Source: Candidatus Latescibacterota bacterium
GTDB lineage: Bacteria > Krumholzibacteriota > Krumholzibacteriia > WVZY01 > JAKEHA01
Assembly (NCBI GenBank): GCA_963707635.1
Contig: OY970173.1
Span: forward strand, 2,240,001-2,304,000
Length of the DNA stretch: 64,000 nucleotides
Direction of reading: 5' to 3'
Positions 45,735 to 55,296 of this stretch are shown here, one piece after another. Below the pieces are notes generated by a model. That model saw only the letters and a program-made list of their open reading frames with translations. It ran no database searches and was not told the origin of the DNA. Each line of letters starts with the position of its first letter. The first letter of the stretch is position 1. A program made the position numbers and the translations under genes.

Positions 45735-48700
45735 CTAACGGATCTTCGACACGCCGCCTCGCAACACGACCGGGGCGCGGTCCAGGCCATCGAACGTCAC
45801 CGTGGCCACATACAGGTACGTTCCGTTGGCGAGGTCCCCGCCGGCGCCGTCCCGGCCGTCCCACTCGATCCAGGCTTCCCCGGCGTCGCGCACCTGTTCG
45901 AGTCTGCGCACGCGCTTGCCGGACACGGTGAAGAGGTCCAGCTTTATCGACGCCCGGTTCGAGAGGCGCAACAGGAATTGCGTCGAGGTTTTGAACGGAT
46001 TCGGATAATTCAGCACCGCCTCGGCGTAATAGTTCGCCGCGTCGGTGACGTCGAAGAACAGCGTGTCCACGGTGGTCGCGCCGAAGGCGTCGCTCACCTT
46101 GTAGACCAGGCGGTGGCGTCCCACCGGGAGCTCCGGCAGCGGATACAGCAGCACGCCCGAGGTGTCCACGCCGCCGTGGTCGAAGGTGAAGAAATCGTTC
46201 ACGTCGATCGGTATCGGCAGGTTGTCGATCAGGATCGCCTGCTTGCCCGAGTTGGTCGTCTCCAGGATATTGATGCCGTCCTGATCACGCACCACGCCGC
46301 GCACGGTGTCTCCGAGCTTGACTACCGTGAGGCCGCTCTTGAACCCCAGGTCGACGCGCGGGGCGCCGTCGACCGGCCGCAGCGCCAGCGAGTCCGCGAG
46401 GGTCGGCGGCACGACCACGAGCACGCTGTCGATGGTCACCGCCGCGTCGCGGTTTCCGTCGTGGGCGTACGCGGTCGCCAGCGCGAGCGTGCCGGTCGCC
46501 GCGTCGCGCGGCACCCGGAAGCTGACCTCGAATTCCCCGTGGGCCGCATCGGTCGTGCCCTGGTAGATTGCGCCGCCCGCGATCAGGTAACGAATCTCCG
46601 CCCCGCAGGGGGCCTGGTAGATGCGGTGCACCGTCGGCTCGCGCACCACCACTTCGACCGGCCCGTCGAAGGTGGCGTCCACCCCTCCGTCCGCGTACAC
46701 CGCGCCGCGGAGTGTGCGTCGGGTTCCTGCGACCATCGTGTCCTCCGCCGCGGTGTCGAATCGAGCCTCGAGCTGCGCCACGCCGACGGTCAGGGCCGGA
46801 TCCGCCAGCAGGTTGTACTTCCACGAGTTTTCCTCCTGGAACGCGCTGAAGCCGGTCTGCGCCTGGGCCGTCAGCTTCGAGTGGGCCAGCGCGACTCCCA
46901 CCGGGGTCCACGTCGCCCCCAGCCGGCGCGGCAGGAGGCGCTCGAAGAGCGCGAAGTTGAGCACCTCGTTCGGATTCGGATACGACTCGATCGAGGCCGT
47001 GACGGTTCCAATCGCGCCGCCCTCTTCGCGCAGCAGCAGTTTCTCCGAGAGGCTCTTCCCCGCCGGGTTGGCGAAGTCGCCGATGGTACAGCTGAACGCC
47101 ATCAGGATCGGGAGGCTCAGCCCGTTGTTGAGCTGACTGACGTCCGTTCCGAGAAACACCTGCTCGTCCGCCATTTGTTGCGAGCTGCCGTGACCGATAT
47201 AGTTGATCAGGAGCGCCCCCCGATTCCACGCCTCGAGAAAGGCCGCCCGCGACTGCGGCTTCACACCCGCGTTGCTCGGGTATTCGGTCAGGTAGATCTT
47301 CTCGGTTTCCGGAAAATTGGGCGCCTTCTGCGCCGCGATGAGTTCCGACTCGAAGGTCCATTGCGTTTCGCAGGCGCCTTCGAACGACGAGTTCTCGTCG
47401 TCGGCGACCAGGATGTAGCGGTTGCGCCACGACGTCCGGGGCGCGTCGCTCTCGTAGGCGATGGTCTTGTCGACCAGGACCGCCGCCTCCTCCGCCGACG
47501 CCGCGGGCAGCCGGCCCAGCGCGAGGTCGGGCACGGCCTCACCGGCCAGGAGGTCACCCGCGTCCAGGTGGCCGAACCACTCATCGGTGGAGAAGGTGAA
47601 AATCGTGAAGCGCGTAAAATAGAGATTGGACGGCACGAAATCGGGCTGGGGGCTCACGTGGTTGTTGAAGTCCTCGTTGGCATCGCCCAGTAGCAGCACG
47701 TAGCCCAGACTCGGGTTGCCGGCGGCGTCCGCATAGTTGTCGTAGAGGAACTTGAAGTAGTTGCGCAGCGCCATCGGGTCGGGCATGCCGCCCGAGAAGT
47801 TGTCAAAAATGTCGTCGGTGGTGACGACTTTGACCGCGGGGCTCGCGTACAAGGGCAGGTGGGCGGCGCGGTACGCGCGCAGACGGTCGGCCGCGGCGCG
47901 AAAATCACGGTGGCAGACGATGAGCATGTTCGGCCCCGATGTCTCGGCGCGCAGGTCGACGGGATTCATGCGCACCATGGCCGGCCGCTTCAACCCCGGT
48001 GTCGTCGCCACCCAGAAATGCCGGCGCGACCCGGCGATCGGAGACGAGATGCGTACGCGCCGGAGCGAGCCGACGGGCGTTATCTCGGCGCCGGTCAGCG
48101 CCTGCGGGTTCCACACATCGGTCACGTCGAAGGTCCACACCGTGCCCGACGCACCGAATCCGTCGACGCGAAAATTGACAGTCGCGGTGGTATCGCTCGA
48201 CGTGAACCCGATGGCGTCGTCGACGGCGATCAGCCGCCGGTGATACGCCACCGCAAACCATGCGAAGCGCATCTTATCCTTCGCGTTCAGGTCGCCCGGC
48301 ACCCGCAGGCGAAACTGGTTCACGCCGTTGAGGAGGAATCCTCCCGTCACGCGCACCGGCACGCCGTCCTCGTAGTAGCGCTGGCCGATGGTCGCATCCC
48401 ACACCTTGTCCCCGACCACGACCTGCTGCCCGCCGCGATAATCCAGGTACACCGCGTGGTGTCCCTCGTTTTGCGCCGTAGGGTCGTTGATCGAGGCGTA
48501 CGGGGCCAGCGCGACCGTCCAGAACTCCTGGGGTCGCGATGTGACGAGATTGCGCACGTCGACGGGCGCGAGCCCGGTGAGGTTGTTGTTGGGAGCCTTG
48601 ATGTCGAGCCAGAGCCACCCGTCGCCGCCGTAGTCGAAGTCGGCAGCGAGGTCGCGCTCGCGATAGTCGCGGTGCCGGTATGTGGTGACCTCGGCGGCGG

Positions 48701-49625
48701 CGACCGGCGTCGCGTCGACACCGGACATTCGCGCCGGCGCCCCCGGCAACCCCGCGCCCCACGAGAGGTAGTAGTAGTTCGTCGCCGTGTGGGTGTGCTC
48801 GTGGAACACCGTGTCGGCCACACTCGGGTCGTAGAAGTCGCCCCAGTCACGCGCGCCGACCCCGTAGAACACGATGCGGTCGCCGGGATCGAAAGTGCCG
48901 TCGCTTCCCGCCTCGACCCGGATGGGGATCTCTCGCATCGCCTGCCCGGGGCGCCAGGATGCGTTCGGGTCCACGAACGCACGCGCCTCGTTGAGCCCGC
49001 CCCGCGTGTACAGCCGAATCGTCGCCGGGTCGATGGCGGAGAGGTTGGCGCCGATCGTCGTAAGGTCGGCGCCGGTGATGCCATACACGCCGCGCTCGGT
49101 TATCGACAGCTTCACCCAGGTGCCCGCGAGCGAGAACCACGGATCCGGCGACCCGCTGCGCGGCTCCAGCGGAAATACCTGCGTGTTCATGACCAGGCGC
49201 TTGAGCAGAGGATCCGCCGTGGTCGCGTCGTTGAACGTCGTCGCCGGCTGGTAGTCGACAACGACATGCGCCGTGGGCGTCGCCACCGGGACCAGGACCC
49301 GGATCCACAACACGCGCGCGCCGCGGTATGAAATCGGGGCGGAGACGGTCAGCGTGTCGGAGAGAATCGATTGCGGGGCCAACGCGGTCGTGGACGCCGA
49401 CGCGGGCCCCCCTACGAACGTGATGGAGTACGAGCCGGTCGGGGCGACGGCGACGAAGAACGTGGTCTCCGCGGGATACAACGGGGTCTGCGAGTTGTCG
49501 ATCTCGACCACGACCCGGCCGTTGTTGTCCGACGCGGTACGCAGGGAAACGCCCGCCCATGACGGCGTCGTCACCAGGGCGCACGCATACGCCAGTAACG
49601 CCGCTTTCATCTCGACTGCACGCAT
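45735..49625 (-). CDS. porU: PorU-like sortase (peptidase C25) with C-terminal T9SS/FlgD-Ig sorting domain
   Basis: WVKLSI...GVYGI, IFDNFSGG.PDP.ALR, LLLGD, GRLP, NYIGHG (His) and FSC (Cys), YNLLADP, NYPNPF..WDGRD..G..LANGTYLY. Confidence 0.88.
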   Translation of the reverse strand: MRAVEMKAALLAYACALVTTPSWAGVSLRTASDNNGRVVVEIDNSQTPLYPAETTFFVAVAPTGSYSITFVGGPASASTTALAPQSILSDTLTVSAPISYRGARVLWIRVLVPVATPTAHVVVDYQPATTFNDATTADPLLKRLVMNTQVFPLEPRSGSPDPWFSLAGTWVKLSITERGVYGITGADLTTIGANLSAIDPATIRLYTRGGLNEARAFVDPNASWRPGQAMREIPIRVEAGSDGTFDPGDRIVFYGVGARDWGDFYDPSVADTVFHEHTHTATNYYYLSWGAGLPGAPARMSGVDATPVAAAEVTTYRHRDYRERDLAADFDYGGDGWLWLDIKAPNNNLTGLAPVDVRNLVTSRPQEFWTVALAPYASINDPTAQNEGHHAVYLDYRGGQQVVVGDKVWDATIGQRYYEDGVPVRVTGGFLLNGVNQFRLRVPGDLNAKDKMRFAWFAVAYHRRLIAVDDAIGFTSSDTTATVNFRVDGFGASGTVWTFDVTDVWNPQALTGAEITPVGSLRRVRISSPIAGSRRHFWVATTPGLKRPAMVRMNPVDLRAETSGPNMLIVCHRDFRAAADRLRAYRAAHLPLYASPAVKVVTTDDIFDNFSGGMPDPMALRNYFKFLYDNYADAAGNPSLGYVLLLGDANEDFNNHVSPQPDFVPSNLYFTRFTIFTFSTDEWFGHLDAGDLLAGEAVPDLALGRLPAASAEEAAVLVDKTIAYESDAPRTSWRNRYILVADDENSSFEGACETQWTFESELIAAQKAPNFPETEKIYLTEYPSNAGVKPQSRAAFLEAWNRGALLINYIGHGSSQQMADEQVFLGTDVSQLNNGLSLPILMAFSCTIGDFANPAGKSLSEKLLLREEGGAIGTVTASIESYPNPNEVLNFALFERLLPRRLGATWTPVGVALAHSKLTAQAQTGFSAFQEENSWKYNLLADPALTVGVAQLEARFDTAAEDTMVAGTRRTLRGAVYADGGVDATFDGPVEVVVREPTVHRIYQAPCGAEIRYLIAGGAIYQGTTDAAHGEFEVSFRVPRDAATGTLALATAYAHDGNRDAAVTIDSVLVVVPPTLADSLALRPVDGAPRVDLGFKSGLTVVKLGDTVRGVVRDQDGINILETTNSGKQAILIDNLPIPIDVNDFFTFDHGGVDTSGVLLYPLPELPVGRHRLVYKVSDAFGATTVDTLFFDVTDAANYYAEAVLNYPNPFKTSTQFLLRLSNRASIKLDLFTVSGKRVRRLEQVRDAGEAWIEWDGRDGAGGDLANGTYLYVATVTFDGLDRAPVVLRGGVSKIR

Positions 49626-49706
49626 GTTTGCCTAAACCGTTCTCGAATCTGCCGTGTGGGCGGCCACAGGGCCGCCGGGTCGATCGAGCGGGTTCGGGGG
49701 GGCCCC

Positions 49707-49880
49707 CTACGCGTCCAGGGACTCCGCCCGGTCGATCAGCATGATGGGAATCCCGTGCTCGTTGATCGGATACTTGATCCGGCAGCGCGTGCACACGAGA
49801 TGGCGCCCTCGCTCGTCGAGGACGACCTTCTCCTTGCACTTCGGACAGGCCAGGATCTCGAGCAACTCCGGACGGATCAC
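49707..49880 (-). CDS. Trm112/YcaR family protein, 57 aa (below the ORF-track cutoff)
   Basis: Manual translation (V)IRPELLEILACPKCKEKV...LVCTRCRIKYPINEHGIPIMLIDRAESLDA*; GAGGT SD. Confidence 0.9.
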   Translation of the reverse strand: MIRPELLEILACPKCKEKVVLDERGRHLVCTRCRIKYPINEHGIPIMLIDRAESLDA

Positions 49881-49930
49881 GGGATACCTCGAAGGACAAA
49901 CAGGGGCAGGATAACTACAGCTTGTTCAAG

Positions 49931-49960
49931 ATCTTACATTTTGAGCGGCGGTTCCGTCAA
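49931..49960 (-). promoter_or_regulatory. Sigma-70 promoter for trm112-porU
   Basis: TTGACG-18nt-TAAGAT in an AT-richer intergenic stretch. Confidence 0.6.
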
Positions 49961-50934
49961 GGCGATTCTTGCTCGAAATAGCCCATGTTCATGTACTTCT
50001 TGAGCCTGCGCTCGCGCAGCGTCGACGGATTCACGTGGGCCAGATAGTTTATTTCTTCGAACACCGCCCGGCCCAGCGTGTCGGCCATGGTCGCCGGATC
50101 CCGGTGCGCGCCCCCGGGCGGTTCCGGAATCACGCGGTCGATGACGCCCAGCGCGAGCAGATGCTTCGCGGTCAACTTGAGCGCCTCCGCCGCTTCTTTC
50201 ACCTTCGCCTGGTCCTTCCACAGGATGGCGGCGCACCCCTCCGGTGAAATGACGGAATAGATCGCGTACTGCAGCATGAGGATGCGGTCGGAAACGCCAA
50301 GGGCGAGCGCGCCGCCGCTTCCCCCTTCGCCGATCACCACCGACACGATCGGAACCCGCAGCGACGCCATCAACTTCAGGTTCTCCGCGATCGCCAGCGC
50401 CTGCCCCCGCTCTTCCGCACCGAGTCCCGGGTACGCGCCCGGCGTATCGATGAGCGTCACGATCGGGAGGTTGAACTTGTCCGCCAGGCGCATCAACCGG
50501 TTCGCCTTGCGGTACCCCTCGGGGTTCGGCATGCCGAAGTTGCGCCGGATGTTCTCCTTGGTGTCCCGGCCTTTCTGGTGCCCGATGACCAGCACGCGGC
50601 GATCGTAGAGGGTCATGAAGCCGGCGACGATGGCCTCGTCGTCCGCGAAACAGCGGTCGCCGTGCAACTCGATGAACTCGGTGGCAAAACTCCCGATGTA
50701 GTCGAGGCAGTACGGGCGCTGGGGATGGCGGGCGAGCTGCACCTGCTCCCAGGCGGTGAGCTTGGCAAAGATCTCGCCGCGGAGCCGGTCCGCCTTCTCG
50801 GCGAGCCGGTGCACCTCATCGTCGACGGGGACGTTCTGCACGATCGCCAGCTGCTTGAGCTCCGCGATCTTGTCCTCGAGCTCGACGATCGGTTGCTCGA
50901 AATCCAGAACGTAACGTTTCGGAGCGCGCTGCAT
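49957..50934 (-). CDS. accA: Acetyl-CoA carboxylase carboxyltransferase alpha subunit
   Basis: LARHPQRP, ELHGDR, RNFGMP.PEGYRKA, IDTPGAYPG, GEGGSGGALA. Confidence 0.98.
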   Translation of the reverse strand: MQRAPKRYVLDFEQPIVELEDKIAELKQLAIVQNVPVDDEVHRLAEKADRLRGEIFAKLTAWEQVQLARHPQRPYCLDYIGSFATEFIELHGDRCFADDEAIVAGFMTLYDRRVLVIGHQKGRDTKENIRRNFGMPNPEGYRKANRLMRLADKFNLPIVTLIDTPGAYPGLGAEERGQALAIAENLKLMASLRVPIVSVVIGEGGSGGALALGVSDRILMLQYAIYSVISPEGCAAILWKDQAKVKEAAEALKLTAKHLLALGVIDRVIPEPPGGAHRDPATMADTLGRAVFEEINYLAHVNPSTLRERRLKKYMNMGYFEQESP

Positions 50935-50949
50935 GTCACCCGCCTTCGT

Positions 50950-51711
50950 TCAGAACCAGTCGGTGAAAGCGATCTCCAGCTCCCGGGCCGGATGCTCTTC
51001 CCCGGCCAGGTTGCCGGTCAGGTCGCTGAATACTAGCATCAGCGAGAGGCGGTTTCCAAGCGCCACCCGTAACCCCACATCCACGTAGGCGCCCCCCTCG
51101 CCGTAGCGGCCGTCGCGCTGGTCGTCGTTCCAGGCCGCGTCGACGTCGCACAAGAGCGACACGTGACCGGCGATCGTCCAGTCCACACTCGCGAACGCGT
51201 CGGGCGCCTCGTCGCCGTCGCCGGTCTCCAGGCTGTAGTTCAGCCCCCCGTGCAGCGAGAGGTCACCGAGAAACGACCGCCAGTTCTTGCTCGCCACCGC
51301 GTAGAAGCCGGGTGACTTGCGCTGGTACCGCTCGAGGTCGCCGTCGTACTCGCCCCAGCCCTGCGATGCGAACCCGATAACCACCGCGGGTCGCGACGAT
51401 TCCGCGAGGACGCGCACACGGAGCTCGAAGCCCGCGTGCGGGTTGAGCTCCACGTCGTCGCTGTCGATGAGGTGTTCGGCGCCGTAGAACACACCCGCCT
51501 GCGCCCGGTCCTTGAAACCCACCCGCGCGCCGAGCAGAAGACTGCTCTCCGGAGCGACGCGGGCCTGGAACCGGTACTCGCGATGCTCGAGCAGGCCGGC
51601 AGTCGGGTAGCGCGTTCCGTCGACGGGCTGATCGAACCCGGCGCGGGCCGGGCCGGCGAACACCAGGACGACGAGCCAAACGATGCGGCACGTGCGCGGG
51701 TCTCCGCTCAT
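50950..51711 (-). CDS. YjbH-like outer-membrane beta-barrel protein
   Basis: Signal peptide, PTAGLL motif, KSPGFYAVASK, terminal F; between dnaE and accA. Confidence 0.6.
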   Translation of the reverse strand: MSGDPRTCRIVWLVVLVFAGPARAGFDQPVDGTRYPTAGLLEHREYRFQARVAPESSLLLGARVGFKDRAQAGVFYGAEHLIDSDDVELNPHAGFELRVRVLAESSRPAVVIGFASQGWGEYDGDLERYQRKSPGFYAVASKNWRSFLGDLSLHGGLNYSLETGDGDEAPDAFASVDWTIAGHVSLLCDVDAAWNDDQRDGRYGEGGAYVDVGLRVALGNRLSLMLVFSDLTGNLAGEEHPARELEIAFTDWF

Positions 51712-51815
51712 GCCGCTCGCGCGCCAGCGTTGAAAGCGCGCCTCGCGAAAATCGCGTCGACCCGTGCACGCGCCTCTGCAAGCGCCCCGGTTGTCACCTC
51801 GCCCGGCACCGGTCG

Positions 51816-54800
51816 CTAGCCCCCGAGCCCGACCGGCACCAGCCGCACGTTGCTCGCCCCGATCGAGGCGGACAGCCCCGACACCAGGGCGGAGTCGACG
51901 CGCACCCCCGCGCTGCGAGCGCGAATCAGGTAGGCGCGGCGGCCGCCCTCGCGCACGTGGAAGAACACGCGCGCGTCGCCGCTGTGCTCCGAAAGGACGC
52001 GCTTCAAGTCGAGCACCTTTTCCTCCGCGAGCGCGTCCAGGTCGAGCGTCACGTGCACTTCCCGGTACGGGGTCTGCGCCCCGTTCGTCCCGGTTTCGAC
52101 CGGGATGACGACGTTGACCAGCACCTTGCCGTCGCCGCCGTTGCGGCGCGAGACCCTCCCTTCCACCACCACCACCGCGTTCTCGGCGATCGAGCGCCGC
52201 GATTTCTCCAGCACGTCGCTGAACATCACCACTTCCGCCTGTCCCTCCGGGTCCTCCAGGGTCACGAAGGCCATTTGCCGCTGGTTGCGGTCGGTCGCGA
52301 ACTTGACCGCCGTCACCATCCCTCCGACCACCGCCCGCTCGCCGGCCGCCATCTCGCGCAGATCCCTCGAACAGGTGGTGCGAATCATGGTGATCAGATC
52401 CCGGTAGCGGTCGAGCGGGTGGCCGGTGAGGAAGAACCCGAGCGCCTCCTTCTCCTTCTGCAGCTGCTCCTGCGCCGGCCACGGCTCCACGTCGGGCAGC
52501 GGCGCCTCGTCCGGCTGCTCGCCGCCTTCTCCAAACAGGCCGAACTGGCCGCGTTCCGCGTCGCGCAGCCGGCGCGCCGCGCGCTCCATGACGGCGTCGA
52601 GCGCGGCCATCTTCTGGGCGCGGTGGCCGGGCATGGTATCCAGGGTGCCGGCCGCGATCAGGCTTTCGTACACGCGCCGCGTCACCAGGCGGCTGTTGAG
52701 GCGCGAACAGAGGTGCTCGAGCGACCGGAACGCACCGCCCGTGTCGCGTTCCTCGACGATCCTCTCGACCGCCGCCATGCCCACGTTCTTGACCGCGCCG
52801 AGGCCGTAGAAGATACGCCCCGCGCGCGCCTGGAACTCGGGGGCGCACGTGTTCAGATTCGGGGCTACCACCTCGATGCCGAGCTCGCGGCAGTCGTCCA
52901 TCAGCACCATGATGCGGTCGGTGTCGTCGACTTCGCTGGAAAGCGTCGCCGCCATGAACTCTGCCGCGTAGTGGGCCTTGAGAAACGCGGTGCGAATCGA
53001 CAGCACGGCGTACGCCGCGCTGTGCGACTTGTTGAACCCGTATTCGGCGAACTTCTCCATCTGGGAGAAGATCCGTTCCGCGGCGGCCTTCTGAATGCCG
53101 CGCGCCTTCGCGCCGTCGAGGAACTTGCGCCGCTGCTCCGCCATCACGTCCTTCTGCTTCTTCCCCATCGCCTTGCGCAGCAGGTCGGCCTCGCCCAGCG
53201 AAAAGCCTCCCATTTCGCTGGCGATGCGCATCACCTGCTCCTGGTAGAGAATGACGCCGTAGGTGTCGCACAGGATCGGCTTGAGCATCTCGTGCTCGTA
53301 CTCGATGGCGCGCCGGCCGTGCTTGCAGTCCACGAAATGGGTGACCATGTCGCTACCGAGCGGGCCGGGGCGGTAGAGCGCGTTGACGGCCACGACGTCG
53401 TGGAACCCGGTCGGCTTGAGATTCTTCAGGAGCTCGCGCATGCCCGCGCTCTCGAGCTGGAAGACGCCCACCGTGCGCCCCGCGCGCAGCAACTCGTACG
53501 TCGCCTCGTCCTCCAGCGGGATGTCGTCGGTCCGCAGCGTGCGCCCGTGGTTATCGGTCACCATGCGCAGCGTTTTGTCGATCACGGTGAGCGTGCGCAA
53601 CCCCAGGACGTCGATCTTGAGCAGCCCGATCGCATCCACGCTCTTCATGTCGTACTGGGTGGTGATTTCGTCGCGGTTCGACTTGTACAGCGGAACGTGG
53701 TTCACGAGCGGCGTCGGCGTGATGATGATGCCCGCCGCGTGCGTTGACGCGTGGCGCGAGAGGCCTTCCAGCGTCAGCGAGAGCTTGACGAGCCGCCGGT
53801 AGTCGCCGCTGCTCTCCACCAGCGTCTTCAACTCCGGGATGGATTCGATCGAGTCCTTGAGCGACGTCCCCGGGGTGCCGGGAACGAGCTTCGCGATGCG
53901 GTCGACCTCGTCGTAGGGAACCTTGAGCACCCGGCCGACGTCGCGCAGCACCGCTCGCGCCGCCATGGTCCCGAAGGTGATGATCTGGCAGACGTTGTCT
54001 TTGCCGTAGCGCTCGATCACGTAGCGGATCACTTCGTCGCGCCGCTCGAAGCAGAAATCGATATCGATGTCCGGCATGCTGATGCGTTCCGGATTGAGCA
54101 TGCGCTCGAAGAGCAGGCCGTGCGCGAGCGGATCCACGTCGGTGATGCCGACCGCGTAAGTCACCAGACTCCCTGCCGCGCTGCCGCGCCCCGGCCCAAC
54201 CGGAATATCCCGGCTGCGGGCGTAGTCGACGATGTCGCGCACGATCAGGAAGTATCCGTCGAACCCCATCTTTGCGATCACCGACAGCTCGAAGTCGAGG
54301 CGCTGCGTGATTTCGGCCGTGACGGAGCCGTAGCGCCGCGCCGCGCCCTGGTACGCGAGGTGGCGCAGGTAGTCGGAATTGCTTGCGAACCCCTCCGGGA
54401 GCGGAAAGCGCGGCAGGTGGAGCGCTCCCTCGGTCAGCTTGACGTCGCATGCTTCCGCGATGGCGAGGGTGTTCTCGAGCGCGCGGGCGTCGTCGGGAAA
54501 GAGCGCCGCCATCTCCGCCGGCGTCTTGAAAAAAAGTTCGGTGGTGGTGAAGCGAAAGCGCTTGGGGTCGTCGATGTCGCTGCCGGTCTGCAGGCACAGG
54601 AGCACCTCGTGCGCCTCGGCGTCGTCCTTGCCGAGGTAGTGCACGTCGTTGGACACCGTTAGCGGGATGCCGGTGTCGCGCGACAGGCGGCGGTAGATCT
54701 CGTTGAGCTGCTTCTGCGGCTCGAGGCCGTGGTCCTGCATCTCGATGTAGAAGCGCCCCTCGCCGAGCACGTCGCGGTAGCGAAACGCGCAATCCCGGGC

Positions 54801-55271
54801 GGCCTCGATCCCCTCGCTCAGCGCAAGCTGCGCGACCGTGCCGCGCAGGCACGCGGTGGTTCCGATCAGCCCGGCGGAGTGCGCCGCGAGCGTTTCGAAA
54901 TCGATCCGCGGCTTGTAGTAGAAACCCTCGAGGTACGCAATCGACGAGAGCCGCACCAGGTTGTGGTACCCCTCGAGGGTGCGGGCGAGCAGGATCAGGT
55001 GGTCGGTCTGCGACGGCTCGCCCTTCTTGCGCCCGCGATCGTGGCGGCTGCCGCGCGTGATGTACGCCTCCATGCCGAGGATGGGCTTCACCCCGGCGCG
55101 TCTCGCCGCGTGGTAGAAATGGATCGCGCCGAAGAGATTGCCGTGGTCCGTCAGCGCGACCGCGGGCATGTCGAGCTCCTTCGCGCGGCGGACGAGGTCG
55201 CCGACCTTGATCGACCCGTCGAGCAGGCTGTACTCGGAATGCGCGTGCAGATGAACGAATGGTGCGGGCAT
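51816..55271 (-). CDS. dnaE: DNA polymerase III alpha subunit
   Basis: FVHLHAHSEYSLLDG, GPGRGSAAGS, MPDIDIDF, KIDVLGL, YGFNKSHS, OB domain. Confidence 0.98.
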   Translation of the reverse strand: MPAPFVHLHAHSEYSLLDGSIKVGDLVRRAKELDMPAVALTDHGNLFGAIHFYHAARRAGVKPILGMEAYITRGSRHDRGRKKGEPSQTDHLILLARTLEGYHNLVRLSSIAYLEGFYYKPRIDFETLAAHSAGLIGTTACLRGTVAQLALSEGIEAARDCAFRYRDVLGEGRFYIEMQDHGLEPQKQLNEIYRRLSRDTGIPLTVSNDVHYLGKDDAEAHEVLLCLQTGSDIDDPKRFRFTTTELFFKTPAEMAALFPDDARALENTLAIAEACDVKLTEGALHLPRFPLPEGFASNSDYLRHLAYQGAARRYGSVTAEITQRLDFELSVIAKMGFDGYFLIVRDIVDYARSRDIPVGPGRGSAAGSLVTYAVGITDVDPLAHGLLFERMLNPERISMPDIDIDFCFERRDEVIRYVIERYGKDNVCQIITFGTMAARAVLRDVGRVLKVPYDEVDRIAKLVPGTPGTSLKDSIESIPELKTLVESSGDYRRLVKLSLTLEGLSRHASTHAAGIIITPTPLVNHVPLYKSNRDEITTQYDMKSVDAIGLLKIDVLGLRTLTVIDKTLRMVTDNHGRTLRTDDIPLEDEATYELLRAGRTVGVFQLESAGMRELLKNLKPTGFHDVVAVNALYRPGPLGSDMVTHFVDCKHGRRAIEYEHEMLKPILCDTYGVILYQEQVMRIASEMGGFSLGEADLLRKAMGKKQKDVMAEQRRKFLDGAKARGIQKAAAERIFSQMEKFAEYGFNKSHSAAYAVLSIRTAFLKAHYAAEFMAATLSSEVDDTDRIMVLMDDCRELGIEVVAPNLNTCAPEFQARAGRIFYGLGAVKNVGMAAVERIVEERDTGGAFRSLEHLCSRLNSRLVTRRVYESLIAAGTLDTMPGHRAQKMAALDAVMERAARRLRDAERGQFGLFGEGGEQPDEAPLPDVEPWPAQEQLQKEKEALGFFLTGHPLDRYRDLITMIRTTCSRDLREMAAGERAVVGGMVTAVKFATDRNQRQMAFVTLEDPEGQAEVVMFSDVLEKSRRSIAENAVVVVEGRVSRRNGGDGKVLVNVVIPVETGTNGAQTPYREVHVTLDLDALAEEKVLDLKRVLSEHSGDARVFFHVREGGRRAYLIRARSAGVRVDSALVSGLSASIGASNVRLVPVGLGG

Positions 55272-55296
55272 AGGCGCGTGGCTACCGGTTGGCGCG

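Noticed and set aside
3948..54662. Many long plus-strand ORFs (e.g. 3948-6122, 8383-10725, 11813-14923, 19904-22150, 39430-41955)
   Set aside because: Antisense shadows of well-supported minus-strand genes; Arg/Gly/His-rich with no motifs, as expected from high-GC codon bias
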